This document shows, piece by piece, positions 12,481-26,086 of a stretch of 52,612 bases of DNA. Within the stretch, counting starts at the first letter, position 1; each line of letters starts with the position of its first letter. Position numbers and translations under genes: made by a program. Source of the DNA: Tubiluchus corallicola (Eukaryota; Animalia; Priapulida); contig JAQGDQ010001243.1 of NCBI GenBank assembly GCA_030141605.1, positions 1-52,612 of the forward strand, in the 5' to 3' direction. The notes under the pieces are model-generated. The model saw nothing but the letters and a program-made list of their open reading frames with translations, did not search any database and had not been told where the DNA came from.

Positions 12481-13983
12481 CAGCAAAAATTAGTCTTACA
12501 AAGATCATGCATATCACTAGATTTTGTTCTGCAATAAAACTACTAGTAATTTCTTACTTGGACTGCCTGTGTTCGACACTGCTTTTCCGCGTTTTAGCAC
12601 ATGCGCTCTAGCGAAGGTGTCCTACTTCGGCTAATGGCGTACTCCGCGCCCTACAATCAAGTTTACTGATAAATGTACGTAATAATGAGTAAATTCGTCT
12701 CAGTTAAATTGAGTAATGGTCGCTTCAACTGCAGTTGGTTAACTAGGTTGTGAAGTCAGTCAAACTGTATTTTGATGATAGTGTGTAATTATCTTGAGTT
12801 TGTTACCGTGTTTATCTATGTTGAGGTATTTCTTTTTCCAGAGTTTTGTTCGCCCATTACTGTTTCTAGCAAATTCGGGCAGGTGGGCGCAGTGACGCAA
12901 GTGCGTGTACAAATTTCTTAAGAAAAGAAATTTTTATGGCTAAATAAAGTTTTTTAGCAGTAAATCACGAGTTACACCAACCCCTTGTTTGTCTGCGCAA
13001 TTCCTGTACAGTCAGCTTTGGGAAGTTATGATTATATGTGTTATCACTTACATAGTGTCGATTCTCTTATCGATTTCCGTTGTCTAGACAGTTTTTAGCT
13101 AACTGTAACTGTACTTCTGCATTTAGGGAACAGGCCCAAGGGACCTGGGCCCCCCTTTCGTAGTAGTAGTGAAATTACTAGTCACGAGTTTCAGTTGAAC
13201 GTGCATGAGAAAATAGCTTCTAGCAACAAATGCAGTAAAATTGCATTTAGCTGTGTCCGGTGGGAAAAAATGGCATGCACGCAAACATTAAATTTTGTAT
13301 GAACAGTGGGTGGGCTGTAAACATAATAGTCTCAAATCAGTTTTACGTTTGACTATCCACATTGTGCTGGACAGATTATCTTGACACTAAATAAATTAAG
13401 CTTAAGTAATGGGTCATCCGCAGTGCAGTGTGTTTTGCAAACTTGCTTTTAAGATATATGACTGTGTTACAGTAGAATACAATGAATATTACCTAGGTAA
13501 ATGTAGGTGAAATATATTTATTAAAGCAGAATTTTTCACATTTGAGGAAGCCATGTACTAGAATATAGATCTTATTTGAGGCCTCCAACATGTGCTTAAA
13601 TACAGGAAAATGCGTCGGTGGCAGGGACTTCATCCCAGACCCCCTAGCGGTTGGTGCGTCAAATTTTCTAACTTCTGTCGGTGACTATGATTTCAAGGTT
13701 AGAATTGTTTCTTTCATCTTCTCCTGCTACCATCACTTTTCTGTCTACCTTCATATCTTATACTCTTTTGTTCTACTCTTTCACTATTGAAATGATTGAA
13801 TCTGCACTGTCTGCCAAACTTCATAGCTAACTAAATATGCCTTGTCTTAGCATTTACGATTCCCAGAAGTCTAGTAATTTCATTTCATTTTGACAGAAAT
13901 GTCAAAGTTTGAATGCTATTTTTGGCAAGTTTTAATTAACAGAAAAATTTTGTTACATTATTTGCAAATCTAAGGATGGTTTC

Positions 13984-14181
<198 letters not shown>

Positions 14182-14310
14182 TCAACTGTTTGTGGCATGT
14201 TGGAAATTCTGCTATCTTCAAATAAATGCTGTGAAAGGAGAAAGTTTACATAGTTATAAAGTTACAATGATCTTCATCCATCTTCAACATTAGCAAATGA
14301 TGATGCACGT

Positions 14311-15714
14311 ATGGCAGTCAAGATGGAAGAATCAAAAGAAAATCAGACAGGATGCTTCAAGTCTGACTTCGTAACTCGGAACCAGGAAGGAGATTCAAAC
14401 TCTCACCATTCTGAGCGCGGACAGCCATGTAAGTGTGATGAAGTTTGCTCACCAACTGCAACGGACACATCCGATTCAACATCTATCAAAAACGAACCGC
14501 TTTCTCCAACAGACGAAGCCAGACAAGAGTCATCAAACTTTTTCAGGTATGGTAATTATTTCACCTGTAGTGAGAGACTGCTTAAAGCAGAAGGGTCATT
14601 CAGTGACGGCAGGTTGAGCATAAATTCGTCTGTCGTCGTGAGGGGCCATAGATGTGATCTGTGTGACGTGGCGTTTGCCTGGCATTCGGAATTGGCGAGG
14701 CATTATTTGGTTCACACGGGAGAGAGACCATTTAAATGTAGCGACTGTGGAGCCACTTACAAAAGTTCTTCTAATTTGTACAGACATGAGAAAACTCACA
14801 GAGGAAGCGAAACATTTAAGTGCGATAAATGTGGGATGGTTTTTCCCACCATGACCAAGCTTAAGTGTCATGTAAAAACTCACAGTGGTATTAAGCCATT
14901 TAAATGTGATGAATGCAGTGCTAGATTCGTGGCAGCATTCAGATTGAAGTACCATATCAGATCTCACACAGGCGAAAAGCCATTTAAATGTAGCAAATGT
15001 GAAGCTGCTTTTAAAGAAATGCCTAGTTTAAGAAGACATTTGAGAATTCATACTGGGGAAAAACCATATAAGTGTGATAAATGTCCGGCACAATTTATTG
15101 ATCTTTCAGGATTGTGCAAACACAGAAAGGTACATTCATCTGAGAAACCATTTAAGTGTGATGAATGCCCTGCTGCTTTTAAGCGTGGATACAGCCTAAA
15201 GCTTCACAGGAGAACTCACACTGGTGAAAAGCCTTACAAGTGTGGTGAATGTAATGCTGCTTACAGTTGTTCCAGGTCGCTTAAGATACATGTGAGAACT
15301 CACACAGGTGAACGACCATATAAGTGTGAGAAATGTCTAGCACACTTTGCATGTGCATACAATTTAAAGAACCACATGCAAATTCATGCTGGCGTGAAAC
15401 CACATAAATGCGACGAGTGTGGAGCAAGCTATATCAGATCCTCGTCTTTGAAAGCACACCAAAGAACTCACTTGAACCTAAAACCATTTAAATGTAATAT
15501 ATGTCCTGAAGCATTTAAATGGCGTTCTAGTTTAGAGTGGCACAAGAACTCTCACACTAAAATGAAACTGTTTCCTGGAGAAGGTCCGCATTTAGAGCAC
15601 ATGAATATTTACACTGGTGCAAAGCCTTACAAATGTGAGAAATGTGGTATGGCATTTGGCATTTCTTTTCACCTAAAAGCACACCAGAAATGTCACACAG
15701 ATGAAAATGGGTGA
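14311..15714 (+). CDS. C2H2 zinc-finger protein (12 complete fingers plus one degenerate; TGEKP-type linkers)
   Basis: 467-aa ORF with CxxC-x12-HxxxH repeats; possible splice acceptor (cattAG) at ~14293, so the true N-terminus may be upstream. Confidence 0.93.
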   Translation: MAVKMEESKENQTGCFKSDFVTRNQEGDSNSHHSERGQPCKCDEVCSPTATDTSDSTSIKNEPLSPTDEARQESSNFFRYGNYFTCSERLLKAEGSFSDGRLSINSSVVVRGHRCDLCDVAFAWHSELARHYLVHTGERPFKCSDCGATYKSSSNLYRHEKTHRGSETFKCDKCGMVFPTMTKLKCHVKTHSGIKPFKCDECSARFVAAFRLKYHIRSHTGEKPFKCSKCEAAFKEMPSLRRHLRIHTGEKPYKCDKCPAQFIDLSGLCKHRKVHSSEKPFKCDECPAAFKRGYSLKLHRRTHTGEKPYKCGECNAAYSCSRSLKIHVRTHTGERPYKCEKCLAHFACAYNLKNHMQIHAGVKPHKCDECGASYIRSSSLKAHQRTHLNLKPFKCNICPEAFKWRSSLEWHKNSHTKMKLFPGEGPHLEHMNIYTGAKPYKCEKCGMAFGISFHLKAHQKCHTDENG

Positions 15715-15986
15715 CAATAGGTGACAGCTATTCCATTTCTACATGATATATTGTTTATATTAATGATTTTCACATTTGTATTATATGCTGTACTACCATT
15801 AGTAGCTGACTGGTCTCCTTTTCAAGTGCCCATCTAAAAATGCCCAAAAAATTATCATAATTTGTGATTATTTATAATCATCATAATTTTTTTGGAAAAC
15901 AAAAGCAATTGTGTTGCTAATATATATATATTTTTGAATTTGCAAGGTATTTGTGTATTTGAATTTGTCTATTATTACATTCGGGA

Positions 15987-16055
15987 TATAGAGTGGCCAA
16001 GTTGTCTAAGGCGTCCACTTTGTAAGCACAAGGTCTTTGGTTCAAATCCAGGCTG
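15987..16055 (+). mobile_element. tRNA-derived SINE head or tRNA pseudogene
   Basis: A-box-like gtggccaagttgtctaaggcg and B-box ggttcaaatcc at tRNA-like spacing; no clean cloverleaf. Confidence 0.5.
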
Positions 16056-16770
16056 TGTTCCAATTTCTTCACATTTCTTCAAGTTTGATATGAAAATTTA
16101 ATTAATTGTCTTTCATCTTCCACACTTATCATTAAGTTTTATAAAAAGAAATAATCGTTAAATTTATTACATCAACTGCACGGCTAGATGTGCTGTACAT
16201 GATGCTTAACTATGTCTTAATTGTATTTAAAAAAGATTCAAATAAATAAAATTAATTAGTACCTAAAAGGAAATTTAACCCACCTGACAGACCAAAAGCA
16301 AAATTTAAAGTTTGCTTTTAGTTTATGTCTCTTTTAGACTATCGTGCATCAACAGTGAATGCTAGTGTGTGATGCACTTCCATGATAGTGTAACCCGCAA
16401 TATTGCTATAAGTTTACTTGTTACATCAACTTCACAGCTAGATGTGCTATACATGATGCATAACTATGTCATAATTGGTCTTCGTTAAATTCTGTATCAA
16501 CAAAAATCTTGAAAATTATGTTGAATTAGAAAAAAAAACCAATATTTGGTATAATTCCTGTTTTACTAACATCTTTATCTTTGTAAACTGTATATTTTTA
16601 TACGAAATAAACTCATAATAATAATAATAATTCCATGATTTTGTTTCATGTAAGACTTCATTTTTTCACACAAATATACTTGAAATTGTGCCTTCGATAT
16701 TCAATTTCAAAGACGGACAAGTTCAAATTATTTCTGTCTTTCTATTTTATTCCTTTACAGGCCAGTCGTC

Positions 16771-17050
16771 CTACAGCCATTTGAATCCCGAAGTTTTACC
16801 GTTATTATTTGGATCACTCGGTCCATCGGTCATTTTATCCAAATCGCCACCTTTTCTGCTCAACACGCAAGTACCATCCGTGGATCCGCAGTGGTCGTGG
16901 CGGGTGCCCCATCTGCTCGGGAACTCCCAGGTCATCTCCCGCACGTCTTCCCAGGTGTGCCATTCGGTGCCGCCATCTGCTGTGACATCTTGGAGTATAT
17001 TGATACCGAGTAGATCTTTGTACGGGTCAACGCTGGGGACGAAGTAGGTT
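16771..17050 (-). CDS. Candidate terminal coding exon of an unidentified gene (92 aa)
   Basis: GC-rich island; minus-strand cttctcacAG acceptor, open frame TYFVPSVDPYKDLLGINILQDVTADGGTEWHTWEDVREMTWEFPSRWGTRHDHCGSTDGTC...GFKWL*, AATAAA ~20 nt after the stop. Confidence 0.5.
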
Positions 17051-20000
17051 CTGTGAGAAGCGTGTGCGATGAAGACAGTAACTTTAATTGTTTTACGCGG
17101 ACTTTTTCTGGTTCAATTATGTATTAGTCTGTGCATAGAGTAATTTATTAGCAGGATCTTGCTTGGGAACAAGAAAATACACTTAACCTTTGACTTTTTC
17201 ACGATCATCATCAATCGCTGGAATTGTGAAGCCGCTTATTCAGACACGTAAGACGTTAATATGTAAATTAATAAAAACGTTTGGGGACGGTGTGGCGGGC
17301 AAACTCGCACCGTGCCGACCAATTAAGTTCAGAAACATAATAATACTAATAACAATAATAACAATAATGATGATGATGATGATGATGATGATAATAACTA
17401 GATCGAGACCTTTCGTTTGATGTATGGATCACTGCAAAAGGTGCCGTCGTCGCAGCTGTAGCCTCAAACTTATATATATACATATATACCAGCGAAATCA
17501 ACATATAGATAATAATAATAATAACAATAATGATAATAATAATAGCTTTATGCAGAAAGCGGAAATGAAAGAAAATTATGATGACATCAAGATCTGAACC
17601 CGAGACCTGTGGATTATGCTCACCTTTTCTGTCCTACAATTGTTAGATATGGAGAGAGCAAAAGTTGTTCAATCCGCTGGTCTTGAGTTCGAATCCCAGT
17701 GTTCACAATTTTTCAAAAAATCTGGGGCAGAATTAATAGCATTTGTTCTTTAATTCAAGCAGCGAAGTTTGTTAAGTCTGCTTAATCGTTGTTAAGACCT
17801 TGTCTACGAGTGGAGTAGTGGCAACTAACTGGCTAATTAATTAACTAAAAAAAATCAATCATTATCATTAATTATGTTAATAAAAAATTTAATAAACAAT
17901 CTAGTTGTCGGACGTGGCACTTTGAGGGCAAGAAACAGATTAATTTTTTACTATAACTTCGAAAATACTACAAAAGTGATAGCTTGCTGTGTTAGAATGA
18001 TAGAGAACCATGTTAAAACAAATTGTTCAGTGATTTTCTATAGTAGTCTCAATCGCACAGTCCATTAATAATTAGAAAAATTAATTTTTTTTCTTCCTTT
18101 GGCTTCTAGGTCCTCATAATAATAATTTTAAATACGTAAATCATTATTTAAAAGATAGCCACGTGTGTCTCTTCTTTCCCATTATTGAACATTATTTTAT
18201 TATAAACTAACACGCATAATAATTCAATTTTCATTCGTCTTAAAATCTGAAAATGTTTAATAACCTGGTACTTGCTCATTAATTAATTAACTAGCAAAGG
18301 CCCCCCGCAAAAAATTTTGCGTATAAATACATGTATAATCAAAAATACGCGAACATCCTACATAGTCTCTGGTAGAGAATACTCACTCCTAGTGTTAAGG
18401 CACGACCCTTGTTAAAAAGTTATAAATTATGCCCTCTAGATATAGTACTTTGCCTTAATTAGAGTACATGTAGAAACAGCAAAGGGCAAAAAGTATGTTT
18501 ACGAATAATAGGTCTAGATAATAATACATAAGTCCTCTGCCACAGGGTTTTTAATATATCTGTCAATCAATTTTTGTGTCTCTTATTTCTATGTTGATAT
18601 CGGCTTTTGTATCTCAGTGCAGTAGTAGCTGCATCTGTGTATTATTTGCTATTGGAATATTTTATTTAGTCAGCCATATTTAATTTTCTGTATAATAATT
18701 ATTATTGTATTAGCTAAAATGTATCTAGTTTACACCGAAAACATTTGATGATGAAATAAAGTGAACTGAACGGAATTGCGTGGTGCGTCTCAAGTAGCGG
18801 TTTCATCCGCGATCATGGCTGCGTCCAGAAGCAGAACGTGATTCAATTCTAGTAGACTGATTAGCACCAGGAGCCTTTTCTTTTTGGCCGCGTTTCAGTT
18901 ACTTGAGAACTTGGATACTAAGTGGTGGTACTGTTGTTTAATTAAAGTACTAAACTGGTCACAGAAGTGTCAGGACGGAAACCTGAACTTGAAACTTGCT
19001 CTCTGTTCTTTACGACTACTAATATAGTAATAATAGGGTGGCTGAACGAAAATTGTAGAGCGCGCCACCATAGCCGCAAGCGTGCTCATTTGATAGGGCT
19101 ATGAGCATATAGTTAATTAAAAAACCAGATTTAAAATAGTTAGTTTGTTTTGAAATGGCGGTCAGTTATTAAAGTTCAAAAAAGGCTCGCGTTTTAGGAG
19201 TAACAAAAAATGGCTAAGTCCGGTTTGAGCAAAAAGTTAAAAATTGTACTTTTAGCATTCTATTATTTATAACTAAGAATTCCAAATACAGGCTTTAGTA
19301 TGTTAGTGTTGTTAAATGGAGTGCATTGTACGAGAAATAATCATATCAAGTCATATGGCAACATAGTATTCGTTTTTCCAGCATCCAAAATTCATCCAAA
19401 TGATGTTTTACCTTAACAGGTGTGAAAATGGACCTTTTACGAAAGTGTGCTAACTTGTCAACTTTAGAGTGTTATAAAAGATGCAAATTCAGCTGGTAGT
19501 TAATTGTTAATATAACTTTTGGTAGCTCAGTGTACATAGAACAGGTATTCATAAACACTTTGCACCTTCAGATTTATGCTAGGGAAAATTTTTACAGGAA
19601 AAACCGGGAAAACAGCATTTTCGTGAGTATTACCAAATTTACGATATGAAAACTATGCGTTTTAGAAAGTGGGATTTAGTTGGTTACACAGCCATTGAAG
19701 TGATTTTTCTGTGTTTAGTGCCAAGTCCATGTTTTCCTCTTGTACAGGTAAAAATCTAGGATGAAGAAACTCCGTTGTCAAGGCAACGCATAAATTAATT
19801 CAAATATATTTTTTGTTATTCAAATATCATTTTTGTTACTTCATGGTATAATATAAATGTTAACCGAATCATAATTAATGATGTGCGTTTTAGTACCCAA
19901 GAACGGTTATCAAGGGCTCCGCAACACCTATTGTTGGAAATTCTTAATTAGTTTCACCTGACACAGCTAATCGATAACTGTTTTATTTTATAATTTTAAA

Positions 20001-23000
20001 TGCCAATTGTTACCTTTTCTCAGATACCCTGTTAGAGTGATATCATTCTTAAGAAATGATACAGCATGGAATAGCTGGATACATAATAGGTCTGCAATTT
20101 CTCTAGGTGCATGTAATGCACCCCTTGATCACACCTGTTTTAATGTATTTTTTTCCTTTTTTCGGGCATATCTAATTGATGTTTTGTAGTTTTGTTATGT
20201 ACGTATAATGAAATTTTTCTAGTGTGAAAGCTGCATAACAAGTTTGCAATTTCCAGGTACATCTAATCGACAGTGCATGTATTTTTTGGATGTAGTTAAA
20301 TGTACTGTTAGCTCAGTGTCTATCTCGGTAGGATTAACTGCCTGCAATGAAATGTCTTGTAACATTATCTGAGGTACAAAATTGCCAAATACAGTTATTG
20401 CTATATGACTGTGTGCTGTAATTTGCAATATATGTAGAGCTTACACTTCCCGTTTCTCAATTTCAAATGTGTACTAGATTTTAACTTGCCTAGAATATGT
20501 TCATTGTATATTATGTCCCACAGTAAATTGTGTGCGCCACAGTACATTAACCTCACTATAGTAATAGTCTAGGTGTAAAGTTTGGGTCCATTTCTGCATA
20601 TGTGTAACCAAATTGGATTACACTGAATCTGTGGAAAGAAAATGCAAATAAAGAAATTAAGTTTAACCAGTTTATTTTCTAATCATAAATCAGATACAAT
20701 AAAATGATAGTAGGAGTAAACATTTCAATATAAATTGATGACTTCAACTTTATTATTCAGAGCAAACTTCAATTTGAATGTTGAAAATGGTGCATTGTTA
20801 ATTTAAGGTTGCATCATTCTATTTCAGAATGCAGTGGGCTGTTAAATTTGTCAGATAAATATTTGTACATCTTTGCCTTAATTCAGTCACAAGTTCATAT
20901 GACTGTGGCAATTTGAGTTATTTGATCCTTCAACTTGGAAGTTTGAGTTTTAATTTCTCACCTTTACTTCAGGTTTTTGTTTTCTCTGCTTTTGTCTCAG
21001 CAGAGGGCAGTGAATGCATGGATCTTGGCTATAACACTTGCTTTATACACAAACACGGTGCTCAGTGCATGCGCGGTGCCAAGTGATACCATACTGCATG
21101 TGAAATGAGGGTTTCGAGCAACTGCTACTTATTTCCATTGGCATCTTCTTAATAAGCTACTAAATTGCTTATTTTACAGTTTACTTTGTCATCTACTTTC
21201 TTCTAATTATTTTGCAGCTAACAAATAGTAACAATTGTTTAAGCTCTGCTAAAAATAATCTTCGGTAAATTAATTTGTTTATCGGGCATCCCAACGGCTC
21301 TCAATTGGCGTGATTTCCTTGTTGCGCGCCCTCTATCGGCGGGTTGCATAGTTAGTTTTTGTAAACAAACATGTCCGCTCCCAGCGAAGGCATTATTTAT
21401 TGTAGCAAAGGTTAGGTGGGTTTTAAACAAGGCAAAAACACCCCACTAGTATGATAGTCACTAACTGTATGGATGCGGATCCGCCTAAGGAGCATGTTAA
21501 AAATACGGGTGACCATGGCCTATTTGCACTCTATACACTCATGGATCTGAAGAAAAAGAAAGATCAAATGGCAGACATTAAAATAATTAATCAAATAATT
21601 TAATCATCAACAGATTCCAAAGTGATTTGAAGCAAAAGTTTAGTAATAACAAAGATATAGCAATATTGACAAAGCTTGGGGTTAGTAGGGTATATACGTT
21701 TGCATAAAGTTCATGTCTGCCCACTATGTACCTAGGTTTTTTTGGAACACTTTTCCTTTAAAGCGAACAGTTTGTAGAACGGAAGCAATACGTCGTAATA
21801 TAACCATAATATGGCTAACTCCAACTCTGGTTGACGACCATAGCTTACACCAGCTAGGCTCTCACAGTATCACCATGTACATTATTCGCCATATCTTGTG
21901 TGAAACTTTCTAGTACGGCATTTCTCTTCAAAAACATATAACTTCACAGAGACGAGTAAACGACCTGTCTCGTTCTGTGTCAAGTTGCCGACCTCCTCTA
22001 AACAGTGTTGAACGAAGTTCATCGAGAAGCCACTCGGCTTAAAACAGCTACAATTTTATTCACCTGTGCACTATCGTTAACCTTGACTTAGCCACTGCAT
22101 TACAGCCGCGATAGGGCAGACAAGAGTGGGTCAGATGGAATTCAAAAGGGGGTTTGTTAATAGATGCCTGCATCCTAACAGATAATACAATTAACTATCA
22201 CTGCCAGTAGTTAAATATCATACATCAATTAATTAAACATGCAGTGTGAATAGGGCTTAATGTTGCATAAGCATAATGTGAGAACTATTAAATGTAGGGC
22301 GAAACATGACAGGTTATAGTGACCTAAGACACACGACTTATTTAAAGAGTGATTCGCCTCTATTACACTAATTGCTATAAGGTTATTCACAACCCGGCTC
22401 CTAGAGCTTAAGATAAAGTCTATAGAGCTATGATAACTTCTCACAAGACTGTTTCTATGACTCCGCGCTGTGAAAAGAGTCTTAATCTCTAAAGCTTACT
22501 AGCAAAAGTTCCCGCAATTGAACTCGTAGAATACTTAATGTACACAGCAAATCTTCAGATTCGTTTACAGAATTTAATGTTGCTTAACTGAAACACCTGT
22601 AAGCATACTCAAACTATTCATTTAAGTTAAAGCGAAATCCGTTTATTGTTTACAACAATTACTCTTAGTCAACTAATATTACAATGTTTGATCTTAATCG
22701 CCAAAGACACTCACAATTAGTAATTAGCTCCAAGAGATACTAATCAGATTCACTTAACTATTTCCTCGCTTCGCACTTAAGGTGCTAATTACAATGGAGG
22801 TGGGGAAGGCAGAGGGACAAAAATAGGATAAATGAGCAAAAATGGTCAGAAAATGAAATTATTTCTTAGCTATTTGCTCTGTTTTTACTTACTAACATTC
22901 AAAAATGTAGAATTGTAGATTCTATACGTAGATATTTGTAATCGCAATTTGCTTTTGTGTCAATAAACTAATGTTTCTAGATGGTGTTCTTAAACCGTAA

Positions 23001-23087
23001 ACCTGTTACATAGTCTTAATAATGATATTCAATAAGGATATTGCATTTTTAACTGTAAATTTTAGTTTTCCTTTCTTTTTGATACAG

Positions 23088-24178
23088 GTGTCGCCTCCTT
23101 ATGTGAAAAATCATTTTCTCAGCGAGGTAGTCTTCTCAAGCACATGAACACTCACACTGGATTGAAACCCCACAGATGTGACTTGTGTGACAAATCATTT
23201 TCTCAGCGAGGTAATCTTCTCAGTCACATGAACACTCATACTGCAATGAAACCTCACAAATGTGACTTGTGTGACAAATCATTTGCTCAGCGAGGTGATC
23301 TTCTCAAGCACATGAACACTCATACTGGATTGAAACCCCACAAATGTGACTTATGTGACAAATCATTTTCTCAGCGAAGTAATCTTCTCACACACATGAA
23401 CACTCATACTGGATTAAAACCCCACAAATGTGACTTATGTGACAAATCATTTTCTCAGCGAGGTAGTCTTCTCAAGCATATGAACACTCATACTGCAACG
23501 AAACCTCACAAATGTGACTTATGTGACAAATCATTTTCTCAGCGAGGTGATCTTCTCAAGCACATGAACACTCATACTGGATTGAAACCCCACAAATGTG
23601 ACTTATGTGACAAATCATTTTTTCAGCGAGGTCATCTTCTCACACACATGAACACTCATACTGGATTGAAACCCCACAAATGTGACTTATGTGACAAATC
23701 ATTTTCTCAGCGAGGTAGTCTTCTCACACACATGAACATTCATACTGGATTGAAATCCCACAAATGTGACTTATGTGACAAATCATTTTCTCAACGAGGT
23801 CATCTTCTCGGGCACATGAACACACATAGTGGAATGAAACCCCACAAATGTGACTTATGTGACAAATCATTTTCTGAGCGAGGTCATCTTCTCAACCACA
23901 TGAACACTCACACTGGATTGAAACCCCACAAATGTGACTTATGTGACAAATCATTTTCTCAGCGAGGTAATCTTCTCACGCACATGAACACTCATACTGG
24001 AATGAAACCCCACAAATGTGACTTGTGTGACAAATCATTTTCTCGACGAGGTAGTCTTCTCATGCACACGAACACTCATACTGGAATGAAGCCACACAAT
24101 TGTGACTTATGTGACAAATCATTTTCTCAACGAGGTAGTCTTCTGAAGCATATGAACACTCATACTATGTTGACATGA
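23088..24178 (+). CDS. Terminal exon encoding a homogenised tandem C2H2 zinc-finger array (12 complete plus 1 partial finger; 84-bp minisatellite)
   Basis: Pyrimidine tract plus tacAG acceptor at 23086-23087, in frame with the ORF from 23144; near-identical 84-bp units varying mostly at helix positions -1, 3 and 6. Confidence 0.9.
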
Positions 24179-24285
24179 GTCAACATAAACATTACAACAT
24201 GTGAGTCAACATGTTACAGTAGTGTTATTAATAACTAATAATAAAGTAATAATACAAAACTAATAGTAACTCGTTTTTTCTTCTA

Positions 24286-24365
24286 CAGTCAAACCTCTGT
24301 TTTCAACCATAATTCGTTCCTAAAAAGTGTTTGAAAACCGATTTCGTTGAGAACCGAATCATTTA
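24286..24365 (+). mobile_element. Tc1/mariner (pogo/Tigger-like) terminus
   Basis: TA|CAGTCAAACCTC terminus, the same type as the end at 51276; no partner end found nearby. Confidence 0.5.
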
Positions 24366-24371
24366 TTCTCA

Positions 24372-26086
24372 CCATTGTGTTTATGCCATAGTGTTTATGC
24401 CATAGTGTTTATGCCATATTGTTTATGCCATGGTGTTGATACCATAGTGTATATACCATTGTGTTTATACGATAGTGTTTATACCATAGTGTTTATATCA
24501 TAGTGTATATACCATAGTGTTTATACCGTAGCATTTATACTGTAGTGTTTATACCATAGGGTATATACTATTGTGTTTATACCATAGTGTTTATACCGTA
24601 GTATTTATACCATAGTGTATATACCATAGTGTTTATACCGTAGCATTTATACAATAGTGTTTATACCATAGTGTATATACCATTGTGTTTATACCATAGT
24701 GTATATACCATTGTGTTTATACGATAGTGTATATACCATTGTGTTTATACGATAGTGTATATACCATTGCGTTTATACGATAGTGTATATACCATTGTGT
24801 TTATACCATAGTCTATATACCATTGTGTTTATACGATAGTGTATATACCATTGTGTTTATACGATAGTGTATATACCATTGCGTTTATACCATAGTCTAT
24901 ATACCATTGTGTTTATACGATAGTGTATATACCATTGCGTTTATACCATAGTCTATATACCATTGTGTTTATACGATAGTGTATATACCATTGTGTTTAT
25001 ACCATAGTCTATATACCATTGTGTTTATACGATAGTGTATATACCATTGTGTTTATACCATAGTCTATATACCATTGTGTTTATACGATAGTGTATATAC
25101 CATTGTGTTTATACCATAGTGTATATACCATTGCGTTTATACGATAGTGTATATACCATTGTGTTTATACCATAGTGTATATACCATTGTGTTTATACCA
25201 TAGTGTATATACCATTGTGTTTATACGATAGTGTATATACCATTGTGTTTATACGATAGTGTCTATACCATTGTGTTTATACCATAGTGTATATACCATT
25301 GCGTTTATACGATAGTGTATATACCATTGTGTTTATACCATAGTGTATATACCATTGCGTTTATACGATAGTGTATATACTATTGTGTTTATACCATAGT
25401 GTATATACCATTGCGTTTATACGATAGTGTATATACCATTGTGTTTATACCATAGTGTATATACCATTGCGTTTATACGATAGTGTATATACCATTGTGT
25501 TTATACCATAGTCTATATACCATTGTGTTTATACGATAGTGTATATACCATTGTGTTTATACCATAGTGTATATACCATTGCGTTTATACGATAGTGTAT
25601 ATACCATTGTGTTTATACGATAGTGTATATACCATTGCGTTTATACGATAGTGTATATACCATTGTGTTTATACGATAGTGTATATACCATTGTGTTTAT
25701 ACCATAGTGTATATACCATTGCGTTTATACGATAGTGTATATACCATTGTGTTTATACCATAGTGTAAATACCATTGTGTTTATACCATAGTGTATATAC
25801 CATTGTGTTTATACGATAGTGTATATACCATTGTGTTTATACGATAGTGTCTATACCATTGCGTTTATACCATAGTGTATATACCATTGCGTTTATACGA
25901 TAGTGTATATACCATTGTGTTTATACCATAGTGTATATACCATTGCGTTTATACGATAGTGTATATACCATTGTGTTTATACCATAGTGTATATACCATT
26001 GTGTTTATACCATAGTGTATATACCATAGTGTTTATATCATAGTGTCTATACCGTAGCATTTATACCATAGTGTTTGTGCCATAGT
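24372..26086. repeat. 14-bp minisatellite with a 28-bp higher-order dimer (~120 monomers)
   Basis: Alternating accattgtgtttat / ac(c/g)atagtgtatat. Confidence 0.97.

Noticed and set aside
15987-16055. Functional tRNA gene
   Set aside because: A and B boxes are present but acceptor and anticodon stems do not pair convincingly.
16688-17047. 119-aa plus ORF
   Set aside because: Shadow of the minus-strand frame, which has better codon pattern, stop and polyA signal. A plus-strand acceptor-like site at 16760 means it is not fully excluded.
18790-23087. PR/SET, KRAB or other upstream exons for the ZF array
   Set aside because: No FGPY, NWMRYV or ELLVWY-type motifs or convincing exons found by eye, so PRDM9 is not assigned.
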